Shown here: positions 44,738 through 55,216 of the stretch, in pieces
Numbering within the stretch: the first letter of the stretch is position 1
Layout of the letters: each line of letters opens with the position of its first letter
Assembly: GCA_963663805.2 (NCBI GenBank)
Contig: CAXXMR010000031.1
Span: 1 to 64,000, forward strand
DNA length: 64,000 nucleotides
Source of the DNA: Sedimentisphaerales bacterium
Lineage (GTDB): Bacteria > Planctomycetota > Phycisphaerae > Sedimentisphaerales > SM23-30
Direction: 5' to 3'
Translations under genes and position numbers: made by a program
The notes under the pieces: model-generated
What the model was told of the DNA's origin: nothing
Seen by the model: only the letters and a program-made list of their open reading frames with translations
The model's database searches: none

Positions 44738-45223
44738 CTATTCCTTCCAGAATCTGATTTTGCAGGCTTTTTGTTTCTGGCAGATGCCGTCGATTATTTC
44801 AACTTTGATGTCAGAGCCGAACTCGCGGGCCCAGCTTTGATATTCGCCGGGGCAGACTTTGGCACCGACTTTGGCTGACAGGTCGGTGCGGTCGGATTTT
44901 ATCATTAGTTCGTGCCAGGGGCATTTTTTTATTTCTATGGTGAAGACGTTGGGACTGTCTTCGGTAATTTCAAAATTGAAGTCGTCGATAGTGAGTTTGG
45001 TAGTGAGTGCGGTTTTGAGGTTGTCGAGGCCAAGTTGGAGGTTGAGCAGTTCGCGGATTTTGCGGGCCTGAATTTTTGGTAATACGGCCCATACCTGAGC
45101 ATCGAGGTCGAGAGCGGTATCGAAGCCGAAACGTGATTCTGCCATCATGAACCATAGCCCATCGACGGCTGCGTAGCTGCGGTGCAGGTATTCGATAATC
45201 TGTTTTTCGGCAAGTTTATTCAT
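44738..45223 (-). CDS. Hypothetical protein (DUF6125-like)
   Basis: AVDGLWF, CPW, and C...C pattern. Confidence 0.65.
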   Translation of the reverse strand: MNKLAEKQIIEYLHRSYAAVDGLWFMMAESRFGFDTALDLDAQVWAVLPKIQARKIRELLNLQLGLDNLKTALTTKLTIDDFNFEITEDSPNVFTIEIKKCPWHELMIKSDRTDLSAKVGAKVCPGEYQSWAREFGSDIKVEIIDGICQKQKACKIRFWKE

Positions 45224-45254
45224 GGTTAGTTCTCGTTTGAAGGTATTATATCGT

Positions 45255-45815
45255 TCATTGGGGTAGTGATGTCAAAGAGGATTTGGGGTAAAAAGAGATT
45301 TGACCCTTTTTTTTAAAATTTCGGAAGGATAAATACAATTTTAATATCCATATCCCCATAGCCAGCAGATAGAACAACATCAGGGCGAAAAACCACTCCG
45401 TACTGAATCGCGGTTCAGTTGCCGCTGAAGACTCAAAACCCAGATGGAAAATCCCCACAATCAAACCCAAAGTCAGGTAGCCCACCTGGTAGGTTTTGCT
45501 TTTGATATTAGCAAGGGTTTCGGTGCGGCGCTGAGGTGCGAGCCAGTATTCTTTGTTGGGTATATTAATCATATTGTCAGAAAAAAACTTGATGCTTTGG
45601 GGCAATGCGAAACAAAACAATGATACTAAAACTAAAGTGGAGAGGTAAATTCCACCCGTAACCCACATATATTTATTTTTTGTCATCCAGTCGTCAGGCT
45701 GACCATTAAAGCCAAAATGCGAAGGGGTCGGGTCAGGCAACTTTGGTCCGTAGTAGGCAAACTGACCTGCTATAAGCAGAATCAGAAAGGTCCAGATTAT
45801 AAAATGCAATTTCAA
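45255..45815 (-). CDS. DUF1648 membrane protein
   Basis: LPDPTPSHFGFNGQPDDW, INIPNKEYW, four TMs. Confidence 0.8.
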   Translation of the reverse strand: MKLHFIIWTFLILLIAGQFAYYGPKLPDPTPSHFGFNGQPDDWMTKNKYMWVTGGIYLSTLVLVSLFCFALPQSIKFFSDNMINIPNKEYWLAPQRRTETLANIKSKTYQVGYLTLGLIVGIFHLGFESSAATEPRFSTEWFFALMLFYLLAMGIWILKLYLSFRNFKKKGQISFYPKSSLTSLPQ

Positions 45816-45996
45816 CGCTTAATCCTCAGAGAAAAGAGGTCAAATCTCTTTTTTTGGTCTGCCCCGTTTATTTATGGTTGATTGCAGATTTCCATGGTTG
45901 GTAATTATAGGCATGATAGATTTGGAGGCAAGAGTAAAAAGAGATTTGCCCCCTTTTTCTTGACGATGGGGAGGGTGGGGGTTAAGATGTATCTGA

Positions 45997-46082
45997 ACCA
46001 CTAGGGGTGCCCAGTGGGCTGAGATTTGACACCCTTAGAACCTGATCAGCCGGCTTTGTTGCTGGCTGCGTAGGGAAGTGGT
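45997..46082 (+). promoter_or_regulatory. TPP riboswitch aptamer (variant P5/L5)
   Basis: ACCACU-AGGGGUGC..GCUGAGA..ACCCUU-GAACCUGAU..GCGUAGGGA-AGUGGU core; P1 = ACCACU/AGUGGU. Confidence 0.88.
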
Positions 46083-46160
46083 CGATACCTGTCTTTTTGG
46101 TATAACCACTTTTTGATAATAAAGTTAGAGCGGTCACTGGATTGTGGCGGAAGGATTTTG

Positions 46161-47333
46161 ATGAACCGGCGGATATATTTCGACAATGCGGCGACGAGTT
46201 TTCCCAAACCGGAATCAGTGTATAAAACGATGGACCATTACGCCCGAGAGGTGGGTGCTTCGGCGGGACGGGGTGCTTATCGTGAAGCGATGGAGTCGGG
46301 CGAGATAATCGCTCAGTGCCGAGGCAGGATAGCCAAACTGATAAACGCGCCGGATGTGAATTCGATAATCATGACATTTAACTGCACCGACGGTCTGGCT
46401 CTGGCGATAAAGGGGACACTTATTAAGCCGGGCCAGCATGTGGTGACGACGCGGATGGATCATAATTCCGTGCTGCGGCCTTTGTACGCGTTGAGTGAGC
46501 AGATGGGAATTGAAGTCAGCTATGTGCGGGCCGATAGTGAAGGCCTGGTAGATGTCGATGATTTGCGGCGGGCGGTTAAGAGTAATACCGCTCTGATAGC
46601 CTGCGTGCATGGCAGTAATGTCTGCGGGAGTTTGCAGGATATTAAGACGATCGGCCAGTTCGCGCGGGATTTGGAAATTCCCTATCTGGTAGATGCGGCT
46701 CAGTCGGTGGGGCATGTGCCTTTTGATGTTTCGCAGCTGCATGTGGATATGCTGGCGTTTCCGGGCCATAAGGCACTTTTGGGGCCTTTGGGCACCGGCG
46801 TGCTTTACATTCGCAAAGGGTTCGAGATGCAGTTACGGCCTTTGAAAGAAGGAGGGACGGGAAGTAAGAGTGAGGAGGCTCGTCAACCTGATTTTATGCC
46901 GGACCGATTTGAGGCCGGCAGTCATAACGCCTTGGGGATCGCCGGGCTAAATGAGGGGGTAAAGTATCTGCTGGATAAGGGGGTGGCAAATCTGGCCCGG
47001 CATGAGCGGCGATTGTCCGAATTGTTCCGGGACGGCACCAAAGGTATTGAGGCATTGACGGTTTATGGACCCAAGAATCTGGATAAGCGGGTGGGCGTTT
47101 TTAGTGTGCGGGTCGATGGCTATGAACCAGCGGAACTGGCGGCGGTATTGGAGCATCAGTTTGGCTTGCTGACTCGGCCGGGTTTGCATTGTGCTCCTTT
47201 TGCTCATGATTCAATCGGCACTCTGGATATGGGCGGGACAACACGGTTTAGTTTTGGGCCGTTTCTTACCGAAGATGACGTGGTTTACGCGACAGAATGC
47301 CTGCGGCAGATAGCGGCGACCCGACCGAGGTGA
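46161..47333 (+). CDS. Cysteine desulfurase family protein (class V aminotransferase)
   Basis: YFDNAATSFPKP, DAAQS, FPGHKALLGP, EAGS, RPGLHCAP; AAGGA RBS before ATG 46161. Confidence 0.9.
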   Translation: MNRRIYFDNAATSFPKPESVYKTMDHYAREVGASAGRGAYREAMESGEIIAQCRGRIAKLINAPDVNSIIMTFNCTDGLALAIKGTLIKPGQHVVTTRMDHNSVLRPLYALSEQMGIEVSYVRADSEGLVDVDDLRRAVKSNTALIACVHGSNVCGSLQDIKTIGQFARDLEIPYLVDAAQSVGHVPFDVSQLHVDMLAFPGHKALLGPLGTGVLYIRKGFEMQLRPLKEGGTGSKSEEARQPDFMPDRFEAGSHNALGIAGLNEGVKYLLDKGVANLARHERRLSELFRDGTKGIEALTVYGPKNLDKRVGVFSVRVDGYEPAELAAVLEHQFGLLTRPGLHCAPFAHDSIGTLDMGGTTRFSFGPFLTEDDVVYATECLRQIAATRPR

Positions 47334-47560
47334 CTATCTCGCCCATAAATAGCCGGAGTGTATCGCACAAACAAATTGATTTACCTGCGGGTGGTCGATG
47401 TAACTTGCTTGCTGTTAGGGTGTTATTGACGCTTGCGGGGTTTTGATGACGGGGTGGGTCAAACTGCTAATCATATTTTAGGGTGATTTTCCTGTGGGGA
47501 TGGATTAGACTGAGAAAGAATTAGGCAATAAATATAGGTAATTATGCAGGTGATTCAGTC

Positions 47561-48124
47561 ATGAAGTGGTTTGGTTTTATAAAACAGTTTCTCAAGTCTC
47601 CGCGTATGGTCGGGGCGATTGCTCCGAGTGGGCCACATCTGGCCAATAGGGTTCTGGAAGGTATCGACTTTGAGCGGTGCAATTTCATTCTGGAATATGG
47701 GCCGGGGACGGGTGCTTTTACGGACCGGATAGTGGCACGTAAGCGGCCGGAAACTCTGCTGATGGTGATTGAGTATAATTATGATTTTTATAAAAAGCTG
47801 AAGGAGCGTTACGCCGGGGCGGAGAATGTTCGGCTGATTCACGGCAGTGCCGTCGATGTGCATGACCATTTGAAAGAGCATGAGATAGAGAAAGTCGATT
47901 GCGTGGTATCGGGGCTGCCGTTTGCGAGCTTTCCGAAAGAATTGAGCCAGAAGATATTCGCTCACACACGGGACATTCTGGAGCCTTCGGGAGTTTTCAT
48001 CGCTTTTCAATACAGCAAGTGCAAGATGGGGCTTTTCCGGCAGTATTTTTCGCAGATTGGTATTCGGCGGGTAATGTTGAATTTACCGCCGGCTTATGTA
48101 CTGGTTTGCTCTTGCGGGTATTAG
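47561..48124 (+). CDS. Phospholipid N-methyltransferase-like SAM-dependent methyltransferase
   Basis: VGAIAPS, LEYGPGTG, VSGLPF, FQYS, NLPPA. Confidence 0.85.
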   Translation: MKWFGFIKQFLKSPRMVGAIAPSGPHLANRVLEGIDFERCNFILEYGPGTGAFTDRIVARKRPETLLMVIEYNYDFYKKLKERYAGAENVRLIHGSAVDVHDHLKEHEIEKVDCVVSGLPFASFPKELSQKIFAHTRDILEPSGVFIAFQYSKCKMGLFRQYFSQIGIRRVMLNLPPAYVLVCSCGY

Positions 48125-48452
48125 AGCATTTGTAACCATTCACCGTCTTTTTCCTTAATCAAAAAAAACTGCCAAAGGCAGGCACCTCGCCGCGTCACTC
48201 TTGCCTGTTGCCTTATCCCGTGTCCGGTACATTTTTTAATACAATGCTCTTTAACAATAAGGTTAATCAGCCGCTGGCAATCAGATTGATATATCTGAAT
48301 CAGAAATCAGGTGCGTATCGCACAGATATATCGGAAGGAAGACATGAGGCACCAGGCAACAGAATCGGCTTCATTATGACAGCTTTCACCAGCGAAAAAA
48401 GAACAACAACTAAACAATAACCCCACCCCAAAAACCTTTTTTTTAGAAAAAA

Positions 48453-48498
48453 TAGACAAACTCTACGTAATTCGATATATTAATGAACAAGTTGTTCA
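48453..48498 (+). promoter_or_regulatory. Sigma70-like promoter followed by a palindromic operator
   Basis: TAGACA-N17-TATATT, then perfect TGAACAA-G-TTGTTCA at 48484-48498. Confidence 0.6.
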
Positions 48499-48530
48499 AG
48501 AAGTGTAATGATGTTGTAGCGAGATAAATA

Positions 48531-49670
48531 ATGGATTCACGCACCAGAATGAAAACCTCTCTGGAACTAAAGGTTCCCGACCGCCCCCCCTTGGCCTTTT
48601 ACGCGATAGACTCCGACACCGCCTCAAAAGTACTAGGCCGACCCACCTACTGGCGGGCCAAAGCAAAATGCCAGATCGCCTACTGGGAGGGACGACGCGA
48701 CGAAGTCGCCCAAAGCCTCAAAGTCGATGCCGTAGAACTTTACAAAAAATTAGACATCATTGATGCTATCGGCGTTGGCTGCGTCTTTGCCGGACAGGTC
48801 CCGCCCAAAAGCTTCACACCGGACCCACCCCAAAAAATCGACGACAGCACCTGGGAAGATAAACAGGGACGAATCTACAAATATTCGCCCATCACCCAGG
48901 ACATCACCATAACCTTCGACCCCCAGACCTGGACTCGCTCCCACAAACTACAGGACGAACTCTGGGACGGAAATCTACCCCCAATTGACGAATCACGCTT
49001 CGAAGTGGTCGACACTATCATCGAAGCCCTCGGCAAAGACAAATTCATCTTCGGCACTCAGGGCAACGTCCCCGAATGGCTCATGCTCGGCGGAATGGAA
49101 CGCGGACTCATGGAAACCGCCGACCGACCCGAAGAAATCCGCCAAATCTTCGAAAGCCTCGTAGACCGCGCCATCGCCGAAGACGACACCTACATCAGAA
49201 CCGGCCAGGACGGAGTAATACTCGGAACAGACCTCGCCAGCACCAAAGGCCCCATGATAAGCCCAAAAATGTACCGCGAAGTGTTCCTCAACGGCGTCAA
49301 AAGACGCATAGCAAACCTCAGAAACAAAAATCAATTCGTCATCAAGCACGCCTGTGGAAACAATCAGGAACTACTGGACATCTTCGCCGAAATGAACTTC
49401 CATTGCTACCAGTCCGTCCAGAAAACCGCCGGAATGGACCTGTTCGAAGTACAAAAACAATACGGCCAAAAATTCGCACTCTGGGGAGGAGTCAGCGTCG
49501 AAAACCTCATGAACGGAACCCCCGAACAGGTCCGAGCCGAGGTCAGAGAATTCATGCAAAAAGCCGCACCCCAAGGCGGAGTAATAATGGGTACCAGCCA
49601 CTCCGTAGCAGTCGGTACCAAATACGAAAACTTTATGGCCCTGCTAGACGAATACAGCAAATACACATAA
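48531..49670 (+). CDS. Uroporphyrinogen decarboxylase family (MtaA/CmuA-like) protein
   Basis: PDRPP, GTDLA...PMISP, KHACGN, LWGGV, GTPEQVR, GTSHSV. Confidence 0.82.
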   Translation: MDSRTRMKTSLELKVPDRPPLAFYAIDSDTASKVLGRPTYWRAKAKCQIAYWEGRRDEVAQSLKVDAVELYKKLDIIDAIGVGCVFAGQVPPKSFTPDPPQKIDDSTWEDKQGRIYKYSPITQDITITFDPQTWTRSHKLQDELWDGNLPPIDESRFEVVDTIIEALGKDKFIFGTQGNVPEWLMLGGMERGLMETADRPEEIRQIFESLVDRAIAEDDTYIRTGQDGVILGTDLASTKGPMISPKMYREVFLNGVKRRIANLRNKNQFVIKHACGNNQELLDIFAEMNFHCYQSVQKTAGMDLFEVQKQYGQKFALWGGVSVENLMNGTPEQVRAEVREFMQKAAPQGGVIMGTSHSVAVGTKYENFMALLDEYSKYT

Positions 49671-49801
49671 GGTCAATTTAAGGTGTCCACCCCCAAACCG
49701 CCGAACAATAAAAACAACCCAACCGAAGGTCGGCACCTCGCTGTTGTCCCTGTTGCCTATTGCCTCATCCCTAATGCCTTTGTTTCCGATTCCTGACATC
49801 T

Positions 49802-50809
49802 TCAGCCCAAGGCTGAACCAGTACAGTAAAATTCAGCGGCGGTTTCGGGGGTTACGGTGTTGATGAAAATACCGGTAGCTAATTCGAAGCCGCCCATGGT
49901 ACTCAGGCGGGGGTAAATCTGGAGATACAGGCGAAAGCCTTCGGTGTTGGTGTCGGTGGCCGGGGCGGTGCGGAAGGCGAGGTTGTAATCGGCATCGCCT
50001 AATTCCTGGTCGAGGGGTTTTAATACCTGCTGGAGCAGTTGAGCAAGCTCCACGCGGTGGATGTCGTAAAGCTGGCTGAGGTGAGCGATCTCGTCGTGGC
50101 AGATGATATTTACCTCAAAGGGCACCATTGAAGCGTAGGGGCACAGGGCGGTGAAGCGGCTGGTCGAGGCGATGATTCGTTTCTGGGTTTTGTGTTCGAT
50201 GTCGAGGAGTTTGGCGAAAGGGCTTTGGCGGTGTTTGGCGTGGTATTGGGCACAATATTTCATCTGGTCCCGTGTACGGGGCGGGGTCATGCTCAAGGTG
50301 ATGAACTGGAAGTGGGGATGGACCAGTGACGCGCCGGAGGTAGCACCGTGATTGTAGAATACGGCGATTTGGTGGGTCTGGGGGTTGCTTTCGTGGAGCT
50401 GGTAGCGGCAGCAGAGGGTCTTAAGTACAAGCTGGGCATGTTCGCTGGAATGGCGGGCGAAGTGGTGGCTGTGGCGGGGTGATTCGATGATGACTTCGTG
50501 AGTGCCCAGGCCGGGCAGGGAGTCGAAGGGTGTTTCAGTTAAGGTCTGAGGTTCGGGCGACAGGGCCGGGAATTTATTGGGGACGACTCGGCACTGCCAA
50601 CCGGGTCTGTCGGGCTGGATGTCGCTGGGCCGGACGGCGTAGACTTCGGGCGGGGTACATTGTTCGTGGCCGACGCAGAAGGGACACTTGGAGTCGAATT
50701 CCTCGATAGGATGATTCTGCTGATGCACAAAATCGTGGGGACGCTTGCCGCGTTCCGAAGCGATGATTACCCACTGGTCGGTTAATATGTTGTGGCGGTA
50801 TTCTGACAT
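49802..50809 (-). CDS. galT: Galactose-1-phosphate uridylyltransferase family protein
   Basis: WVIIASERGKRP, CPFC, VVPNKFPAL, HEVIIESP, GASLVHPHFQ, GGFELATG. Confidence 0.88.
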   Translation of the reverse strand: MSEYRHNILTDQWVIIASERGKRPHDFVHQQNHPIEEFDSKCPFCVGHEQCTPPEVYAVRPSDIQPDRPGWQCRVVPNKFPALSPEPQTLTETPFDSLPGLGTHEVIIESPRHSHHFARHSSEHAQLVLKTLCCRYQLHESNPQTHQIAVFYNHGATSGASLVHPHFQFITLSMTPPRTRDQMKYCAQYHAKHRQSPFAKLLDIEHKTQKRIIASTSRFTALCPYASMVPFEVNIICHDEIAHLSQLYDIHRVELAQLLQQVLKPLDQELGDADYNLAFRTAPATDTNTEGFRLYLQIYPRLSTMGGFELATGIFINTVTPETAAEFYCTGSALG

Positions 50810-51006
50810 GAAAATCCTCTAAACGATGACCAAAAACATGATTTATATCGCCAAAAAGCCCAAAAAGCGTGTTTTTTTCGACAAAAACTCAAAAAATCAC
50901 CAAAAATCGGTCACTTCAGGCAAATTCGCGCCGAATAAAACCCTTGTTTTTTAGTAGACCTGACAGGTGATTTGCGTTTGGAATGGAGTACGGCTACAAT
51001 GGGTTA

Positions 51007-51885
51007 ATGGAACAAAATAAAGAAGAATCGGTTCGGCGCCTACCGGAATGGCTCAAGCGGCCAGTGCCGCAAGGTAAGGTATTTGAACAGGTTACGGCTA
51101 TTTTGGATGATCTGGCTCTGGCGACGGTTTGTTCCAGTGCGGCCTGTCCGAATCTGGGTGAGTGTTTTTCGTGCGGGACGGCGACTTTTATGATAATGGG
51201 GAGTGTTTGTACTCGTAATTGCCGTTTTTGTGCGGTTGAGCATGGTCAGGCAGGGCCTTTGAGTGAGGATGAGCCAACTCGGTTGGCTGAGGCGGTGGAG
51301 CGGCTGAAGCTTCGGCATGTGGTGATAACCTCGGTGACGCGAGATGACCTGGCTGATGGTGGTGCGGAGCATTTCGCTCGGACTATCCGGGCGGTGCATG
51401 AGCGGACGCCGGAGGTGGGAGTTGAGGTTCTTACGCCGGATTTTGGGGGGGACAGGGGTTGTATCGATGTGGTTTGCGGGGCGGGGCCTGAAGTGTTTAA
51501 TCATAATATAGAGACGACACGGCGGCTGACGCCGGAGATACGCAGCGGGGCGGATTATGAATGTTCTTTAGGGGTATTGCGTTACGCGGCGGATAGAACT
51601 GGTGGCCCGGCGGTCAAGAGCGGTTTTATGCTGGGGCTGGGCGAGCGTGAGGATGAGATTGATGAGATGTTGGCGGATTTACGCGGGGCGAAGGTGGCGA
51701 TGCTGACGGTTGGTCAGTATTTGCGGCCGGGCAAGGATAATCGTGAGGTGGCGAAATATTATACGCCGGATGAGTTCGCGGCGATCGGTGAGCGGGCGAA
51801 AAAGATGGGGTTTGAGCATGTGGCGGCGGGGCCTTTTGTGCGGAGCAGCTATCACGCGGCAGAAAGCATGAAGGAACGAAAATGA
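51007..51885 (+). CDS. lipA: Lipoyl synthase
   Basis: TVCSSAACPNLGEC, CTRNCRFC, VITSVTRDDL, HNIET, GQYL, RSSY. Confidence 0.95.
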   Translation: MEQNKEESVRRLPEWLKRPVPQGKVFEQVTAILDDLALATVCSSAACPNLGECFSCGTATFMIMGSVCTRNCRFCAVEHGQAGPLSEDEPTRLAEAVERLKLRHVVITSVTRDDLADGGAEHFARTIRAVHERTPEVGVEVLTPDFGGDRGCIDVVCGAGPEVFNHNIETTRRLTPEIRSGADYECSLGVLRYAADRTGGPAVKSGFMLGLGEREDEIDEMLADLRGAKVAMLTVGQYLRPGKDNREVAKYYTPDEFAAIGERAKKMGFEHVAAGPFVRSSYHAAESMKERK

Positions 51886-52622
51886 AGGATGGGATTTTAC
51901 GTTTGATAGTTGATGAGCCTTGTGCGGGGGCGGTAAATATGGCTGTCGATGAGGCTATATTGCAGGCGGTTAATGATGGGGGTTCGGAAGCGACGCTACG
52001 GTTTTATCGGTGGGCTGAGCCTACTATTTCGCTGGGGTATTTTCAGAAGGTGGAAGAATTCGAGGCCCAGAGTGATGATATAAAGCATATGCCTATGGTG
52101 CGGCGGCAGACCGGGGGCGGGGCAATTCTGCACGATAAGGAGCTGACGTATTCGCTGATTTTACCGCTGGAAGGATGTGGGGTTACGGATATTGAGGCTG
52201 TTTATAAACTGGTACATGACGCTTATATCGCTGGGCTTTGCGGGCAAGGGGTGGCGGCGGTTTATCGGGGCGGCGAGGATAGAGGCAATAGTCAGCGGGG
52301 GCCTTTTTTCTGTTTTGCGCGGGGGCATCGTCTGGATTTGGTGGTGGGGGCCGCTAAGATTGTGGGCAGTGCGCAGCGGCGGGTTAAGAAGGCGGTATTG
52401 CAGCATGGTTCGCTGATTCTGGGTAATGATTTTGGGGAGCATCCGTGTGCGACGGCTGGGGCGGAATTTGATGTGGGACGTTTTGTCGAAGAGGCCGCAG
52501 TGACGATTGGGCAGGGATTAAAGCTGGAAGTGCGGCAGGGCGTGTTAAGCGAGCGGGAGAAAAATGGAGCTGATGAGCTGCTGGTTAAATATGAAGGGGA
52601 TGAATGGAACCGGCAACGCTAA
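51882..52622 (+). CDS. Lipoate-protein ligase / octanoyltransferase (LipM/LplA-like)
   Basis: NMAVDEA, LRFYRW..PTISLGYFQ, RRQTGGGAILH, KIVGSAQ, LQHGS. Confidence 0.9.
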   Translation: MKDGILRLIVDEPCAGAVNMAVDEAILQAVNDGGSEATLRFYRWAEPTISLGYFQKVEEFEAQSDDIKHMPMVRRQTGGGAILHDKELTYSLILPLEGCGVTDIEAVYKLVHDAYIAGLCGQGVAAVYRGGEDRGNSQRGPFFCFARGHRLDLVVGAAKIVGSAQRRVKKAVLQHGSLILGNDFGEHPCATAGAEFDVGRFVEEAAVTIGQGLKLEVRQGVLSEREKNGADELLVKYEGDEWNRQR

Positions 52623-52688
52623 GTGCGTGTCGCACCCATAAATCGCCGCGGTTGTTTGTTCTATGGGGCGTTCCCGTTGGTCGCTTGG
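52622..52688 (+). repeat. ~67-bp dispersed repeat, copy 2
   Basis: Near-identical to 35140-35206. Confidence 0.85.
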
Positions 52689-52814
52689 CCCCAATTTCTC
52701 ACTTAAGTGGCAAAACTCCACCCCTTAACCCCAATTTCTCACTTAAGGGGTAAAAAGTGGATTTTTGGCTCCTTCAGGGCTGTTGGTCTGTCGCCAACAG
52801 TGGTGTTATTTTTT

Positions 52815-54286
52815 GGTTCTTCTGAATAATTTGTGGGTATTTTATCCTTGGGGCTCTGCCCCAAACCCCGCCATTTAGCCTCCAGCCTTTGGGCGAGAGA
52901 GGGCGGATTGGCGGATTGAGCGGTTTTTCCGGTGGAGTTTGTGGAAATATAAATAATGCATCCTGCGAAACTTTCTGACAAAATGGTATTGTTGCAAAAG
53001 ATATCACTTGGCAGAAAGGACACAGGATGCAGGTTAAAACTATACTCAATCGAATTGAAAAGTACCAGGGTTTTGTTTATGAAAGCGACAAAATGATCGA
53101 AAACGGCAAGCAAAAAGAGCTGCATATATTCCTTCGGTCGCGTAAGAACAGTCGTCCGGTCTGTTCCGATTGCGGCCGGAAATGTTCCGGCTATGACACC
53201 TTGCCGTCCCGTCGCTTTGAGTTTGTGCCTTTCTGGGGCATACTGGTTTATTTCGTTTATGCCATGCGGCGAGTAAACTGCCCCCGCTGCGGCATCAAGG
53301 TGGAACGGGTTCCCTGGGCTCAGGGCAAATCTCCGGTTACCCGAACCTACAGTTGGTTTCTGGCGCGCTGGGCTCAACGGATGAATTGGAGTGAAGTAGC
53401 CGCAGCTTTCCGAACCAGTTGGCATACGGTTTTCAGTTCCGTAGAGATGGCGGTGACCTGGGGCCGGGAGCATATGGATATGGCCGGCATTACCGCTATT
53501 GGTGTGGATGAAATGCAGTGGGGCCGGGGCCATCGTTATATTACCGTGGTTTATCAGATCAACAAAGAATGCAAACGCCTGTTGTGGGTAGGCGAAAAAC
53601 GTACCGCCAAGACTCTGCTGCGGTTCTTTCGCTGGCTGGGCAAAGAACGTGCCGGGCAACTGGAATTTGTGTGCAGCGATATGTGGAAAGCCTATCTGAA
53701 AGTGATTGCCAAAAAAGCGTCTCAGGCGATCCATGTTCTGGACCGTTTTCATATTATGGTGCATATGAACAAGTCGCTTGATGAAATTCGGGCCGGCGAA
53801 TCGAAGGAACTGCTGCGTGAGGGTTATGAGCCGGTACTGAAAAAGAGCCGCTGGCTGCTGCTGAAGCGCCCGGAAAATCTCCAGGATTCGCAACAGGCTT
53901 CTTTGAGAGAACTGTTGCAGTACAATCTCAAAACGGTGAAAGGTTATCTGCTGAAGGAACAATTTCAGCTTTTCTGGGATTATATCAGCCCCTATTGGGC
54001 CGGTGTTTTTCTGGATAAATGGTGTGTCAAGGTAATGCGCTCTCGTCTGGAGCCGATGAAGAAGGTAGCTCGCATGTTGCGCAATCATCGCGAGCTGATC
54101 CTGAACTGGTTTAAGGCCCAGAAGAAGTTTTCCTCCGGGATCGTGGAGGGCCTGAACGCCAAAGCCAAACTGACCACCAGAAAAGCTTACGGCTTTCGAG
54201 AATTCAAAACGTTGGAAGTTGCTTTGTATCATAACCTTGCAAAATTACCTGAACCTGTATTTACCCACGAATATTTTTAAAGAGGC
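52815..54286 (+). mobile_element. ISL3-family element
   Basis: GGTTCTT...AAGAGGC imperfect IRs; 8-bp TSD TATTTTTT (52807-52814 and 54287-54294). Confidence 0.92.
53027..54280 (+). CDS. ISL3 transposase
   Basis: Zn finger, IGVDE, CSDMWKAY, DRFH, SGIVEGLN.K.K...RKAYGFR. Confidence 0.95.
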   Translation: MQVKTILNRIEKYQGFVYESDKMIENGKQKELHIFLRSRKNSRPVCSDCGRKCSGYDTLPSRRFEFVPFWGILVYFVYAMRRVNCPRCGIKVERVPWAQGKSPVTRTYSWFLARWAQRMNWSEVAAAFRTSWHTVFSSVEMAVTWGREHMDMAGITAIGVDEMQWGRGHRYITVVYQINKECKRLLWVGEKRTAKTLLRFFRWLGKERAGQLEFVCSDMWKAYLKVIAKKASQAIHVLDRFHIMVHMNKSLDEIRAGESKELLREGYEPVLKKSRWLLLKRPENLQDSQQASLRELLQYNLKTVKGYLLKEQFQLFWDYISPYWAGVFLDKWCVKVMRSRLEPMKKVARMLRNHRELILNWFKAQKKFSSGIVEGLNAKAKLTTRKAYGFREFKTLEVALYHNLAKLPEPVFTHEYF

Positions 54287-55216
54287 TATTTTTTGAGCTG
54301 ACCGCTGTATATTTTCGGTGGCTTTTGCGGCGGCATTTCCATCTTCAAATGGTATAGCAGCAATTTCTGATCGCCATCGGGCTCGGTATATCTCTGCATC
54401 AGCAGAGTCCTGCCGTCCTGGGTTTCAAAGGACACATCGAGCATCTGGATTCGTGACATTGTTTCCAAAACGGCCTGGCTGGTTATCCCGCAGGCACTGG
54501 CCCGCAGTCTGTGTCTCAAGGTCACTTGCAGACAATAGCTCATAAACGCTACAAACACGTGAGCATCGACCCGGTCTTCTTTATGGTGATAGACCGGCCG
54601 AACACCCAGATCGCTTTTGAGCTCCCGGAACGCTTGTTCTACATTACATTGCAGCATATACTCCTGCCAAAGCTCTATGCCATTCTTTCCGGTTTGATTG
54701 GTACGCAAAAAGTATGTGCCGTCACGATAAATCATTTCTCGGTATTTGTTCCTATCGAATTTATAATCAAACTCACCTTCCTCAATTCTTTCCTTTGGTT
54801 TTGGAATTGTAAGAGTAACGCATTTATACGAACTGCCAGCATGATGTTTGAGTTTGCCCAGCCTTTGCATAAAACGGGCGTAATCACGATATTTCTTCAG
54901 CTTCTCCAGACCTTCCAGATAGTCACGCAGCTTGCGCTTACGCATAGCCCGTTCTTTAGCCATCCGCTCTTTGCTGCGGGCTAGAACATAACATTCACCA
55001 TCTTTTTCGATATGCTTTATGCGAACACTGTCATTTACATCATGCCAGTTTTTCACCGAGAGTTCTTTTGAGAATTCATCCAGTAATTTACGAGGAGTAC
55101 CAACAAGGTAACCAATGTCATTATCACGCATGTGCTCAAGTACCGCTTCTGTGGGGATACCCCGGTCCATCAGCCAAACCCTGCCGACTTGGCCGTATTT
55201 TGACTCTATCTTGTTC

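Noticed and set aside
52739..54232. 497-aa antisense ORF over the ISL3 transposase, and similar antisense ORFs over nifJ, ftsI, lpdA and the M4 peptidase
   Set aside because: Shadow frames of real genes; no motifs, and this one runs across the IS boundary
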